Of a DNA stretch of 64,000 nucleotides, positions 39,539 to 48,974 are shown piece after piece. This DNA comes from Halioglobus sp. (GTDB lineage Bacteria > Pseudomonadota > Gammaproteobacteria > Pseudomonadales > Halieaceae): positions 6,270-70,269 of the forward strand of contig JAQWNG010000044.1 in assembly GCA_029246385.1 (NCBI GenBank), given 5' to 3'. The position numbers and the translations under genes were made by a program. The stretch's first letter is position 1. Each line of letters starts with the position of its first letter. The notes under the pieces are model-generated. The model was not told where the DNA came from, ran no database searches, and worked only from the letters and a program-made list of their open reading frames with translations.

Positions 39539-40618
39539 TTATGTGAGTGGGTCAGGCTCAGAAACGATTTGCTCAGGGGTAGGCCACGCATTAATTACGG
39601 CCTTGACTAAAGTCGCCAGTGGTATCGCAAAAAATACACCCCATAAACCCCAAATACCGCCAAAAAATAGTACCGCTAGAATAATCGCCACCGGATGCAG
39701 GTTTACCGCCTCCGAAAACAAAAATGGCACTAACACGTTGCCATCCAAAACCTGAATAATCATGTAGACCGCAAACATATAATAAAATTCACCGGTAAAT
39801 CCCCACTGGAAAAACCCGACCATGACCACTGGAACAGTAGCCAGAGCAGCACCAATATAAGGAATAATGACCGAAAGCCCGACCACCAATCCCAACAATG
39901 CTGCATAGGCGACTCCTAACCAAGAAAACGCAAAATAAGTAACGAAGCCTACTATCAATATTTCGAGCACCTTACCGCGAGCATAATTGGAAAACTGCTC
40001 ATTCATTTCTGTCCATATACGTCGCAACAAAGGTCGCTCCGCCGGCAGAAACCCTCCTAACCAACCAAGAATTTTTTCTCGGTCCTTGAGAAAGAAGAAC
40101 ACCAGCATCGGTATCAACACCAAATAAACCAACACCGTAAGAATACTTGGAATTGATGCCAGCGTACGGGTGACTGCGACCTGACCTAACCCGGCAAATT
40201 CAGTCTGCGCGACACTGATGAGATCTCTGAATTGTTCTTTGCTAATAATATCAGGATATCGCTCAGACAAAATCCCCAAAAACTGTTGAGCCTGATCGAG
40301 CATCCTCGGCATTTCACCCACAAAACTTAGTAATTGACGCCAAACCAACGGCAACAACGCAAAGCTAAATCCGAAAAATATGCCGACAAATGCTAAATAC
40401 GACACGGCGACACCCAACCACTGGGGCAAGCCGTAACGCTGAAGTTGGCCCGAGACACCTTGGGCAAGATAGGCCAGTACAATGGCAGCAACCACAGGCG
40501 TAAGAATATCGCCGATGGTCATTAACAATGCCACCGCTATCGCCAGCAACACCAACACAAGCACCGACTCTTCATCAGACAGGTAACGGTGGTACCACTT
40601 TTTAAAAATGTCTAGCAT
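39539..40618 (-). CDS. AI-2E family transporter (PerM/YhhT-like)
   Basis: 359 aa, about 8 TM. The pattern is typical of UPF0118. It ends 5 nt before the peptidase start, so the two are probably co-transcribed. Confidence 0.8.
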   Translation of the reverse strand: MLDIFKKWYHRYLSDEESVLVLVLLAIAVALLMTIGDILTPVVAAIVLAYLAQGVSGQLQRYGLPQWLGVAVSYLAFVGIFFGFSFALLPLVWRQLLSFVGEMPRMLDQAQQFLGILSERYPDIISKEQFRDLISVAQTEFAGLGQVAVTRTLASIPSILTVLVYLVLIPMLVFFFLKDREKILGWLGGFLPAERPLLRRIWTEMNEQFSNYARGKVLEILIVGFVTYFAFSWLGVAYAALLGLVVGLSVIIPYIGAALATVPVVMVGFFQWGFTGEFYYMFAVYMIIQVLDGNVLVPFLFSEAVNLHPVAIILAVLFFGGIWGLWGVFFAIPLATLVKAVINAWPTPEQIVSEPDPLT

Positions 40619-40809
40619 AAATTATCCGTTGCATTATCGGTGCTCTTGCCCTTGGAGCACGCCGTCCCATCTCTACCCAATAGATACTTGCCTAGTCTGC
40701 TACCCTATGCCGCTGTATATAGGCGGTAAATATTGGTTTTAAAGCATCTCTATTACTGTGCTGTGTCAATCTGATGCTTAGTACCTTGCAACCGTACTGA
40801 GAAATCACC

Positions 40810-41067
40810 GTGGACCTATCTCAAGCAAAGGTCAAAAACCTGCGCGGCACAGCGAGATACCAGTTTATCAGGGATAGCCGAGGCTTGTACTTATTTATCC
40901 GCGCAGGAACGCCCGGCGACAAGCCCACCAGAGCTCCGTGGTTGCCCCGAACGACACACTAGGCCAAAACAACCAAGCAGATGCTAGGCAAGATAGCCGG
41001 TATATCGGTCGAGACTGCAAAGCGGAAGCGTAACAGAATCACTGGAGCGGGCAGTGACATCCATAGC
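40810..41067 (+). pseudogene. remnant of a P4-type tyrosine integrase (N-terminal arm-binding/DUF4102 part only, interrupted by an in-frame stop)
   Basis: Hand translation gives VDLSQAKVKNLRGTARYQFIRDSRGLYLFIRAGTPGDK...TTH, then TAG at 40960-40962, then AKTTKQMLGKIAGISVETAKRKRNRITGAGSDIHS, then a stop. This matches the pattern LTDaKVknlkp..k.y.l.D..GLyL.v...G.K..lG.yp.iSLaeAR. No catalytic domain follows. Confidence 0.55.
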
Positions 41068-41155
41068 TAGCATCGCGTCGCAGTATTGCAAACGCAAGCC
41101 GTTCCTCCGAGCATATGGCAAGGCCATACCCGAACTTTAGCGAACCGCTTGCCCG

Positions 41156-42058
41156 TTAATTTAAGGCGACCATCGATGCCATGAGAATCGTTATGAAAGC
41201 CTCAGCCGCTGGCGACCGTGATCGTTTGTCTATCTCAATAATTCCAAGTTCAGTATTCAGTGCTGGATGTGTTACATCGAGCGCTACGAGCAAGCCCTGT
41301 CGGAGTTCAGACTCACAGTTATACGCAGAAGAAATTAGCACGGAATTGGAACACAAAAGCGTGCTTATCAGTGTCGGGTAGTCCCCACAAATAATATGCG
41401 GCAGGATTAATTCAGGGTTAGCATCTGCGACGGCTAATGCTAGTGGGTGTTCTGAGCCAACCGACGTGGGAGACATCAATGCATATTGGGTCAGCTGACT
41501 CAAACTAAGGTTTTTTTCTGCCTGCAGTGGGTGGCCTGTCCGCGCAATCACCGACAAAGGAACATTGGTAATTAATTCTTTCCGTAATCCGCTGGCGCCC
41601 TGATAGCTGCCAAGCCCGATAACAAGAAAATCGAAATCGCGCTTCTCGAGGCCGCGGATTAGATCGTCATGTGTACCTTCGACGACCGTAATCCGGATAT
41701 TGGGATGTCGCGACACGAACTCTGGGATAGATTTTCTTAAAACCAGCTCTCCAATTCCCCTGCCAACGCCAACGTTCAATTCGCCTTCTTCAACATTATG
41801 AAGGAGACGAGCGGCGCGCTGAATATCTTCGACATCGAGCAGTATCTGGTGACACTTGTCGATAATTTCAGTGCAGAAGGGGGTCGCTCGCATGCCACCA
41901 CTATAGCGGTCAAACAACCTCACATTGAGCAGCCCCTCTAAGGTATTCAGACTCCGCGTCAGTGCGGGTTGAGTGATGTGGAGGACTTCTGCAGCCTTGT
42001 GCATGTTTGTTTGCTCCGCAATGACGGTGAGATGGCGGAGCTGTTTTAGGCTTATCAT
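41156..42058 (-). CDS. LysR-family transcriptional regulator
   Basis: 300 aa. N-terminal HTH LKQLRHLTVIAEQTNMHKAAEVLHITQPALTRSLNTLE plus a substrate-binding domain. It is divergent from the lipoprotein gene. Confidence 0.9.
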   Translation of the reverse strand: MISLKQLRHLTVIAEQTNMHKAAEVLHITQPALTRSLNTLEGLLNVRLFDRYSGGMRATPFCTEIIDKCHQILLDVEDIQRAARLLHNVEEGELNVGVGRGIGELVLRKSIPEFVSRHPNIRITVVEGTHDDLIRGLEKRDFDFLVIGLGSYQGASGLRKELITNVPLSVIARTGHPLQAEKNLSLSQLTQYALMSPTSVGSEHPLALAVADANPELILPHIICGDYPTLISTLLCSNSVLISSAYNCESELRQGLLVALDVTHPALNTELGIIEIDKRSRSPAAEAFITILMASMVALN

Positions 42059-42174
42059 GGAATGCCCTTTTGATGCTTTTTAATTATCATATAATAACAA
42101 TTAATAATTATACATTATCAATTAGAACGCCTACGATTGCCACTGGTTTTGAAATTTGCGCGGAGTCGTTACGT

Positions 42175-43635
42175 ATGGATACCTTTAAATTGCCTTGTCT
42201 CGTTGTTACTTTGCTGCTCCTCAGTGGCTGCAAGATTACGCAAGTCGTTCCCGAGGGCGGTACTATTGTGTCTCGCACCGGAGAAGCAGACTGCGCAGCC
42301 AATCAGACCTGCGAGATTGACGTGGTTAACGGCACTGAGTTTTTTGATACGTTTACGGCAGTATCGGATCATGGCTATCGCTTCGCTGGATGGAAACAAG
42401 CGGACGGACACCTGTGCGGTGGCAGCACAGAGCCCTGTGCACTAGAGGGCGTGACGGCAGAGTTAACCAGTTTAGATCTCGAACTTTATCTTGAACCGGT
42501 CTTCGAACCTGATTTACGGGTTAGCCGAACCCCCGACCAAATCACACTCGTTGAATCCAGGACACTCAATTTGAATAGCAATACTTCCTGGGAACTCAAT
42601 TTCTATCGCAATGAGGCCTACACCTGCGGCTTGTCCGGGAACTACACATTTTTCGTGATGGAGCCCGCCAATAATCCCGGTGCCGAGGCACCGCTGTGGG
42701 CCTATCTGCACGGCGGCGGCTATGGCTGGTTCGATGAGAATGAGGAATACGTGGCGGTAAAAACCCAAACCGTGGACGACTGGAATCACGAAGAGTCTTT
42801 TAACGATCTGATCAATAAACATCTCGTGGCCAATACAATGCGCAATGATCAGGTGATGGATTCCACGCTCACGCGACGGATTCAGGAAGGCTACCGTGTG
42901 CTGCTGGTCTCCATGTGCGATCACGACAATTACTCCGGCAGGGGCACGCCCTACCCGAACAACCCGAACCCGAATGGCGGAGAGAGGCAGGTTAACGGCT
43001 TGCAGGCCACCATGGCTGCTATGGACTATACCGTGGCCAATTATCCCAGCACCCAGGTTTTTGCCCACGGCACCAGCGCGGGTTCGATTGGTGTGTTTGC
43101 CATGTCGCACGCCTATGCCGAGGAAGGCACTTTGCTGACGGCGATTGTGGCCGACTCGTGGGCATTCGTTCCCCCCAGGGTATTCGATATGCATGAGAGC
43201 CTGGTTGGCCAAGAGGGTTATGTGTTCAACGAGGGGAGTGACTTTCGAGGTGACGGTATGGATAAAATCGGTTTTGACTACCTGGGCCTGGGTATCTACC
43301 CCGAGGCAGTAATCGAGGGTGGCTTCGTCGAGGTACCGAGCATGTACATTGTCGGCGAGAAAGATCCTGGTTGCGGGGGCTACCGCGATGGCATATTACC
43401 GACAATTCCCGAGGCAGAAGCTGCCGGCTTAAGTAACTGCGGCTGGATGTATGACGACTTGCGTGACGCGATTGCCAATCAACCCGACAGTCCTCATGTA
43501 TTTGATCTCTCTCCCACCGGCGATCACGTTGAAACCAATAGAAGGAATCCCGTTAACAACAGAGTGGATAACTTCATCACCGGTGTGCTGGCGACTGATC
43601 CGCCCTATCCAGTTTTTCTCTCACCCGGTTCTTAG
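42175..43635 (+). CDS. lipoprotein, putative alpha/beta-hydrolase (esterase) with an N-terminal bacterial-repeat domain
   Basis: The track ORF starts at 42070. ATG at 42175 gives MDTFKLPCLVVTLLLLSGC (lipobox LSGC). It has LHGGGYGW (HGGG oxyanion-hole type) and HGTSAGS (GxSxG). The N-terminal GYRFAGW...C...C segment resembles divergent InlB B-repeat domains. Confidence 0.6.
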   Translation: MDTFKLPCLVVTLLLLSGCKITQVVPEGGTIVSRTGEADCAANQTCEIDVVNGTEFFDTFTAVSDHGYRFAGWKQADGHLCGGSTEPCALEGVTAELTSLDLELYLEPVFEPDLRVSRTPDQITLVESRTLNLNSNTSWELNFYRNEAYTCGLSGNYTFFVMEPANNPGAEAPLWAYLHGGGYGWFDENEEYVAVKTQTVDDWNHEESFNDLINKHLVANTMRNDQVMDSTLTRRIQEGYRVLLVSMCDHDNYSGRGTPYPNNPNPNGGERQVNGLQATMAAMDYTVANYPSTQVFAHGTSAGSIGVFAMSHAYAEEGTLLTAIVADSWAFVPPRVFDMHESLVGQEGYVFNEGSDFRGDGMDKIGFDYLGLGIYPEAVIEGGFVEVPSMYIVGEKDPGCGGYRDGILPTIPEAEAAGLSNCGWMYDDLRDAIANQPDSPHVFDLSPTGDHVETNRRNPVNNRVDNFITGVLATDPPYPVFLSPGS

Positions 43636-43907
43636 TCACTGGGGGAGTCTATGTATAAGAGATAGCGGGATTCAACTTAAGGCGGCTTCATTGTCCTGTA
43701 CGGATTGCGGCATCGTTGGATCAAACATCTGAGGGCACGAGTGGATTTCGCCCCTATACCCCCTTGTATGTTATTTCTACTTATGACGACCAAAGTTTTG
43801 CGTATGCCTGCTCACTATACTGTGACGGCTACCATGATTGCTTGAGCAACAACGCCATTTTTATCAACTTTATCCACCCCACCGACTGAAGCTAGCGTGC
43901 CGAGCTG

Positions 43908-44141
43908 TTACTGTTTTTCCATCAAGTAACTGTAGACACCATCAATCTCATCGGTATCAAGCAGCAGGTGGCCTGACTGCTCTGCAAAGACCCGAAAGTC
44001 CCTCACAGAACCCTGATCAGTCGCCAGCACGTGCAGCCTCTGGCCAACACACATACTATTCAGTGCCCGTTTGGCTTGCAACAGCGGCATTGGGCAAGCC
44101 AACCCCCTAGCGTCCACTTCTACCACATTCAACTCTATCAC
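43908..44141 (-). CDS. TusA/SirA-family sulfurtransferase-like protein
   Basis: 77 aa with DARGLACPMPLLQAKRAL (the CPxP motif). Confidence 0.8.
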   Translation of the reverse strand: MIELNVVEVDARGLACPMPLLQAKRALNSMCVGQRLHVLATDQGSVRDFRVFAEQSGHLLLDTDEIDGVYSYLMEKQ

Positions 44142-44227
44142 CGCCGTAAATATCCAACACTATTGGGCCCAGGCCTTAGCTGTGCGACTTTGCGAAACCA
44201 ACAATGTAAGCCCTGATACCTTCCACA

Positions 44228-45019
44228 TTATACGCCCTTAAAGACTGCCGCGCGCCGCTCTATAAAAGATTGGACGCCCTCATTCGCATCCTCGCTGGCC
44301 ATGAGCCGCTGCTGCGTCGGGCCGAGTTCACGCACGGCCGCAGCAAACCCTTCCTCTACAAAGCGTCTCGACGAGGCCTTGGTCGCTTGAATAGCAAGAG
44401 GAGCTTGTGCCGCGATAACCACGGCGATTTCCAGCGCACGCTCCAATTGCTTCCCAACCGGAACGACTTCTTGCACGAAACCGATTCGATAGGCTTCCTG
44501 AGCGTCGAACTCGTCGCTCGTTAACAAATGGTACATGGCATTGCCCCATCCACCGCGCTGTACGAAGCGGATTGTGGCGCCGCCGGTAGCATGAATGCCC
44601 CGTGCCGGCTCCAACTGAGAAAAACGGCAATTGTCAGCGGCGATGACAATATCACCAGCCAATGCAATTTCGATCCCGAAGGTGAAGGTGATGCCCTGCA
44701 CCGCGGTAATGATTGGTTTGCGACAGGCACGGCCAAGCGCTATAGGATCCACTGGTTGCTCCGAGTTTTCCTTTATACTGCTCCCGTGTTGCATGCGTCC
44801 TGTCCACTTGGGAAGGTCGAGGCCCGCGGTAAAGTGGTCTCCGTGTCCGAAGAGTACACCTACGAAGAGGTCATCACTTTCGTCTAGACGCGTAAACGCC
44901 TCAATAAGTTGCTTGGCCATGGTCGGCGTATAACCATTGTACTTTTCGGGTCGATTGAGACCGATCAAAAGTATGTGGCCGCGCTGCTCGACGCTGATGG
45001 AACCTTCTGTGTCTGACAT
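44228..45019 (-). CDS. enoyl-CoA hydratase/isomerase (crotonase) family protein
   Basis: ATG at 45019 is preceded by AGAGGAAAG (the track start at 45040 is also possible), giving 263 aa. Crotonase pattern: LIGLNRPEKYN, FTAGLDL, GITFTFGIE. Confidence 0.8.
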   Translation of the reverse strand: MSDTEGSISVEQRGHILLIGLNRPEKYNGYTPTMAKQLIEAFTRLDESDDLFVGVLFGHGDHFTAGLDLPKWTGRMQHGSSIKENSEQPVDPIALGRACRKPIITAVQGITFTFGIEIALAGDIVIAADNCRFSQLEPARGIHATGGATIRFVQRGGWGNAMYHLLTSDEFDAQEAYRIGFVQEVVPVGKQLERALEIAVVIAAQAPLAIQATKASSRRFVEEGFAAAVRELGPTQQRLMASEDANEGVQSFIERRAAVFKGV

Positions 45020-45168
45020 AGTCTTTCCTCTATAACTCATTCAGGAGAACGTACTCCTCCAAATGCGTATGTAGCGCTATTCCTGCGGTCGTTTGTTGTG
45101 AATGCGAGCTCAGTATGCGCAGCCGTTACGCCTATAGTTTGACATTATTGAAGCCGTAATGTGTATTG

Positions 45169-46071
45169 TTAGCACGCGCCGTGCGCAGCTGCCGAGTGAC
45201 GGCCCAGTGCGATAAGGCCTGCCGCGATCAGCATTTGCAGACCACCATAAAGCAGCAGCGCAAATAGCACCGTGTCGCCGAGTGCCGCTGTTTGTAAAGC
45301 CGCAGCCGGAAATAATGTGGCCTTGATAAGGATGCCAAGATTCACATTGCGCACCACTACCTCCATTTCGATGGCAGAGCAGTCGGCTCGATTCAGTCCG
45401 GTCAGGCGTCCGCTAAACCATCCAATAATCGCGAACAGTAACGTCAGGAAAACGATAATTAATGCATTGTTCCATCCAAACGCTTCTATATCGATCCGGC
45501 CAGCAATGCTTGAACCGATAACGATTAAACCAATACCCAGCAATGAGCCACGAATACACCACTTTGACACATGCACGGCAGATTTTGGGAAGAGATATAG
45601 ATAAAGCATACCTAGTGACAGAGGAATGAGGAGGGTAAGCGCTATCTCCTGCATGATAAGCAGCCTAGGCATGACGAATTCGGGGGGCATATAGTCGCCG
45701 ATCAAAATCTCGAGGATAATCGGCGTTGAAAACAAGCATGCCAGTGTCGTAATTGCGGTGATGCAAATAGACAGCGCAAAATTGCCGCGGGCAAAAAAGG
45801 TAAAAAAATTGGAACTCGCTCCGCCAGGAATCGCGGCAATCAGGGCTATGGACACGGCGATACCCCCCATCAAGCCCAGTGCTAAAATAAAGATTAAAGC
45901 GGATAACGGGATCACCACCAATTGGACCAGCGTTCCCAGGGCTGCCGATTTAGGTTCACGAGCGACGTCGCGAAAGTCACTGCCGGTTAAGGTGGCGCCC
46001 ACGCCGAACATTGCCAAGATGAGCTGAATGGCAGCAAACCAGTATTCATTGGTAATATAAAAGTCGGCCAA
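45169..46071 (-). CDS. bile acid:Na+ symporter (BASS/SBF) family transporter
   Basis: 300 aa, about 9-10 TM. The N-terminal pattern LAMFGVGATLTGSDFRDVAREPKSAALGTLVQLVVIPL is typical of the SBF family. Confidence 0.75.
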   Translation of the reverse strand: MADFYITNEYWFAAIQLILAMFGVGATLTGSDFRDVAREPKSAALGTLVQLVVIPLSALIFILALGLMGGIAVSIALIAAIPGGASSNFFTFFARGNFALSICITAITTLACLFSTPIILEILIGDYMPPEFVMPRLLIMQEIALTLLIPLSLGMLYLYLFPKSAVHVSKWCIRGSLLGIGLIVIGSSIAGRIDIEAFGWNNALIIVFLTLLFAIIGWFSGRLTGLNRADCSAIEMEVVVRNVNLGILIKATLFPAAALQTAALGDTVLFALLLYGGLQMLIAAGLIALGRHSAAAHGAC

Positions 46072-46237
46072 GCTGATAGTCCGTCGAGGTGAGGTGTTGG
46101 TAAAGCGGCTTACAAGGGCTTGTGCTGTTCTGCCTCGACGCGACTCATCTGAAATCTCTGCGGCACAAGCCTGCTAGCAACCCACAAGGTGCTCGTTACG
46201 CTACTGCTAACCCAACAAGCGTTTTTTTGGTCTTACA

Positions 46238-47365
46238 CTAACCGGCAGCAAAACGGGCGGTATGGTAATCCGTGCTACCAAACAAAAATTGAATGGCGGT
46301 AAGCCGTTTAAAATAATGTCCTACATCGAGTTCATCGGTAACACCAATGCCTCCGTGAATTTGTATCGACTCCTCGCCTACCAGACGCGCCGCCTTGCCG
46401 ATCCGGCTTTTAGCCGCTGACAGCGCTTTAGGTGCATTTCCTTTTTGGCTGTCCATCTCCATCGCTGCCATAAGCAAAATAGACTTGGCCTGCGCGAGCT
46501 CTATAAACATATTCGCCATGCGATGTTGCAGTGCCTGAAAGCTTGAAAGCGTCACCTTGAATTGCTTGCGAATTTTGCTGTATTCGACGGTTTTCATCAG
46601 CGACATTTCCATGGCGCCAACCGCCTCTGCACTGACCGCGAGCGCTGCCCTATCGATGGTCATCTCAATAACATCAATAGCCTCACCTGCATTGCCCAAT
46701 AGGTTACTTGCAGGAAGCGTAACATCATCAAACCAAATATCAGCAGCCCGCTGACCATCGACACTGGCATAACATTCTCGTCGAACACCCTGCATGCCGG
46801 CATCGACCCAGATCACACTAATGCCCTCTCGATCGCATGATTCACCAGACGTACGCACCGAGACCAGAATCTTTTCGGCTGCTGCGCCATTTAATACCAC
46901 TGACTTGTGCCCGTTAAGGATGATCTCGTCGCCCTTTATCACCGCGCTGCATTGCACATTCGCCAGTTCATAGCGACTTTGTGGCTCAGCATAAGCAAAT
47001 GCGAGCTGCAGGGATCCCTCCATCAACGGCGCCAGCAGTGCCGCTTTTTGCTCGCTGCTGCCAGCCTCACTGATGACCGTGCCCGCGAGCACGGTATTGG
47101 CTAAAAATGGCTCGACCAGCAGACCTTTGCCGAACTCTTGCATCGCCACAATCAAATCAACCGCACTGCCGCCAAAACCGCCGTCACCTTCTTTAAAGGG
47201 TATGGACAACCACCCAAGCTCAGCAAACAGTTGCCAATGCTCTGCGCTAAACCCAGCGGCACTCTTTGAGACTGCTTGACGGCTATCCCAATCATAGTCT
47301 TGGCTAATAAATTTACCGATGCTTTGTTGCAACATCTGCTGTTCTTCAGTGTATGAAAAATCCAT
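46238..47365 (-). CDS. acyl-CoA dehydrogenase family protein, beta-type subunit
   Basis: 375 aa. The C-terminal motif is IQIHGGIGVTDELDVGHYFKRL and there is no YxGT motif. It starts 15 nt downstream of the alpha-type partner. Confidence 0.8.
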   Translation of the reverse strand: MDFSYTEEQQMLQQSIGKFISQDYDWDSRQAVSKSAAGFSAEHWQLFAELGWLSIPFKEGDGGFGGSAVDLIVAMQEFGKGLLVEPFLANTVLAGTVISEAGSSEQKAALLAPLMEGSLQLAFAYAEPQSRYELANVQCSAVIKGDEIILNGHKSVVLNGAAAEKILVSVRTSGESCDREGISVIWVDAGMQGVRRECYASVDGQRAADIWFDDVTLPASNLLGNAGEAIDVIEMTIDRAALAVSAEAVGAMEMSLMKTVEYSKIRKQFKVTLSSFQALQHRMANMFIELAQAKSILLMAAMEMDSQKGNAPKALSAAKSRIGKAARLVGEESIQIHGGIGVTDELDVGHYFKRLTAIQFLFGSTDYHTARFAAG

Positions 47366-47380
47366 TGTTCTTACCCCCGC

Positions 47381-48592
47381 TTACAGGCCGAGTACGGCTT
47401 TGCAGATAATATTGGTTTGAATTTCGTTACTGCCGCCATAAATTGTGGCTTTGCGATTGTTAAAGTAAGTTGGCGCGCTGCCCGCAGCCTGGTCCGGACC
47501 AATCGCTACACCTTCAAACCCCTCTGTAAACTGATCGCGAACGAAAGGCAGCGCATAATAGCCCGCCAACTCAACGTTGAGCATATCAATGCTCTGCTGT
47601 ATCTCAGTCCCTTTGATTTTCAAAATTGACGATTCCGGCCCTGGCGCCTTCCCCGTACTCACCTCAGCCAATGTTTTAAGTTCGGTATACTCCAGAGCCA
47701 ACAATTCAATTTCTAACTCAGCAATTTTTTGCTGCCACGCCGCGTTATCGCTCAACATCGCATTAGCACCTGATAGTCCATCACTCGTTTGCGTGGCTTT
47801 TTCTTTCAGGTCTTGCAGGCGTTTTTTACTTTTTGCAACACCTGCAATGTTTGTGCGCTCATGGGTAAGTAACACTTTGGCATAGGTCCAACCTTTACCT
47901 TCTTCACCAATCAAGTTTTCTGCTGGCACGCGGACATTATCAAAATGGACTTCATTAACCTCAGGCGAACCGTCTAACAAATAAATAGGCGAAATTTTAA
48001 TGCCCGGCGTTTTCATATTTATCAACAAAAATGAGATGGCGTTTTGATTTTTGACATCGGCTGCACCGGTGCGCACTAAGCAAAAAATCCAATCGGCATG
48101 CTGACCTAACGTGGTCCAGGTCTTGGTGCCATTCACCACGTAGTCATCCCCGTCGCGCATTGCTGTTGTCTTTAATGACGCTAAATCAGACCCTGCATTG
48201 GGCTCGGAATAGCCCTGGCACCACCAAACGTTACTCGCAAGAATATCCGGTAAAAAACGCTGCTTCTGCTCGTCGTTGCCGTATGTATAAATGATTGGTG
48301 CCACCATTTTTAATCCAAAGGCCATCACTTCTGGCGCGCCGACTTTTGCGCACTCATTATCAAAAATATATTTTTGCGTAGGCGTCCAGCCAGTACCCCC
48401 AAATTCGACAGGCCAGTTAGTCGCGGCCCAACCTTTCTTGGCCAAAATTTTCTGCCAGGTCACAAAGTCGTCTTTGGTAAGCTCAATGCTGTTTGCAGCC
48501 TTATCTCGGATGTCGTCCGGGAGCTCCGTTGCAAGAAACGCACTGACTTCTTCTTGAAATGCCAGTTCCTGTGGAGAAAAATCTATGTTCAT
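47381..48592 (-). CDS. acyl-CoA dehydrogenase, alpha-type (large) subunit
   Basis: The track ORF extends to 48643. ATG at 48592 gives MNIDFSPQELAFQEEV (403 aa). The C-terminal motif is IYGGSNEIQTNIICKAVLGL. Confidence 0.85.
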   Translation of the reverse strand: MNIDFSPQELAFQEEVSAFLATELPDDIRDKAANSIELTKDDFVTWQKILAKKGWAATNWPVEFGGTGWTPTQKYIFDNECAKVGAPEVMAFGLKMVAPIIYTYGNDEQKQRFLPDILASNVWWCQGYSEPNAGSDLASLKTTAMRDGDDYVVNGTKTWTTLGQHADWIFCLVRTGAADVKNQNAISFLLINMKTPGIKISPIYLLDGSPEVNEVHFDNVRVPAENLIGEEGKGWTYAKVLLTHERTNIAGVAKSKKRLQDLKEKATQTSDGLSGANAMLSDNAAWQQKIAELEIELLALEYTELKTLAEVSTGKAPGPESSILKIKGTEIQQSIDMLNVELAGYYALPFVRDQFTEGFEGVAIGPDQAAGSAPTYFNNRKATIYGGSNEIQTNIICKAVLGL

Positions 48593-48974
48593 GCTTTGGT
48601 GCCTTCTTTTTGACTTGATAAAAATTCGCACGCAGTATGCCAATATATTGTGTGGATTGGTAGTGTCTGCCTATTTGAACTCATGGAGCCGGCAAGTAAG
48701 CGTCGACCCACCTGTTAGAGGTGCTCAACCAATAGCAAATGCGGGCACACTAAGGAGCTGCATTTGCGCCTCAAGCGCACTCTAACCTTTGAAGGCAGAG
48801 TGTGTATAATCATCATAAGGTTAACTTTAGATTGCAAATAATGCGTCGGATTTTCTTGTTCATCCTTGTTCTCTTATCAGCTGCGTATCACGCTCGGAGG
48901 CGGTAACTCAGACACTATGTCGGACGCCGCGCACCCTTCCATTAAAGATTTTTGACCTATTAAGGAACTCTGCT

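Noticed and set aside
40619-40809. A search for a tRNA or tmRNA gene or a 3' tRNA fragment (att site) next to the integrase remnant.
   Set aside because: Neither strand shows acceptor or T-arm-like sequence (GTTCGAATC-type) or cloverleaf potential. Only short hairpins are present (GTGCTC-N9-GAGCAC at 40639-40659).
42514-43212. A 232-aa minus-strand ORF inside the lipoprotein-esterase gene. Similar long antisense ORFs occur at 14555-15160, 23718-24323, 24825-25217, 18417-18845 and 9761-10210.
   Set aside because: All lie fully within strongly supported genes on the opposite strand. Their compositions are low-complexity and Gly/Arg/His-rich with no motifs. They are typical shadow ORFs.
48805-48847. 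A perfect TATAAT (48805-48810) and a PurR-box-like sequence TTGCAAATAATGCGTC (48832-48847) upstream of purT. A nearby inverted repeat GCAAATGC, 17 nt, GCATTTGC lies at 48735-48767.
   Set aside because: No acceptable -35 sits at a 16-18-nt spacing. The pur-box match is one nucleotide short of the 16-bp palindrome ACGCAAACGTTTGCGT and matches only parts of each half. The inverted repeat has no T-tract and no known cognate. All are suggestive but not supportable without comparative data.
48841-48906. A 21-codon ORF ([21 protein letters not shown]) upstream of purT, as a possible leader or small membrane peptide.
   Set aside because: It has no Shine-Dalgarno sequence, no terminator or attenuator structure after it, and no conservation evidence. 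It is indistinguishable from a chance ORF.
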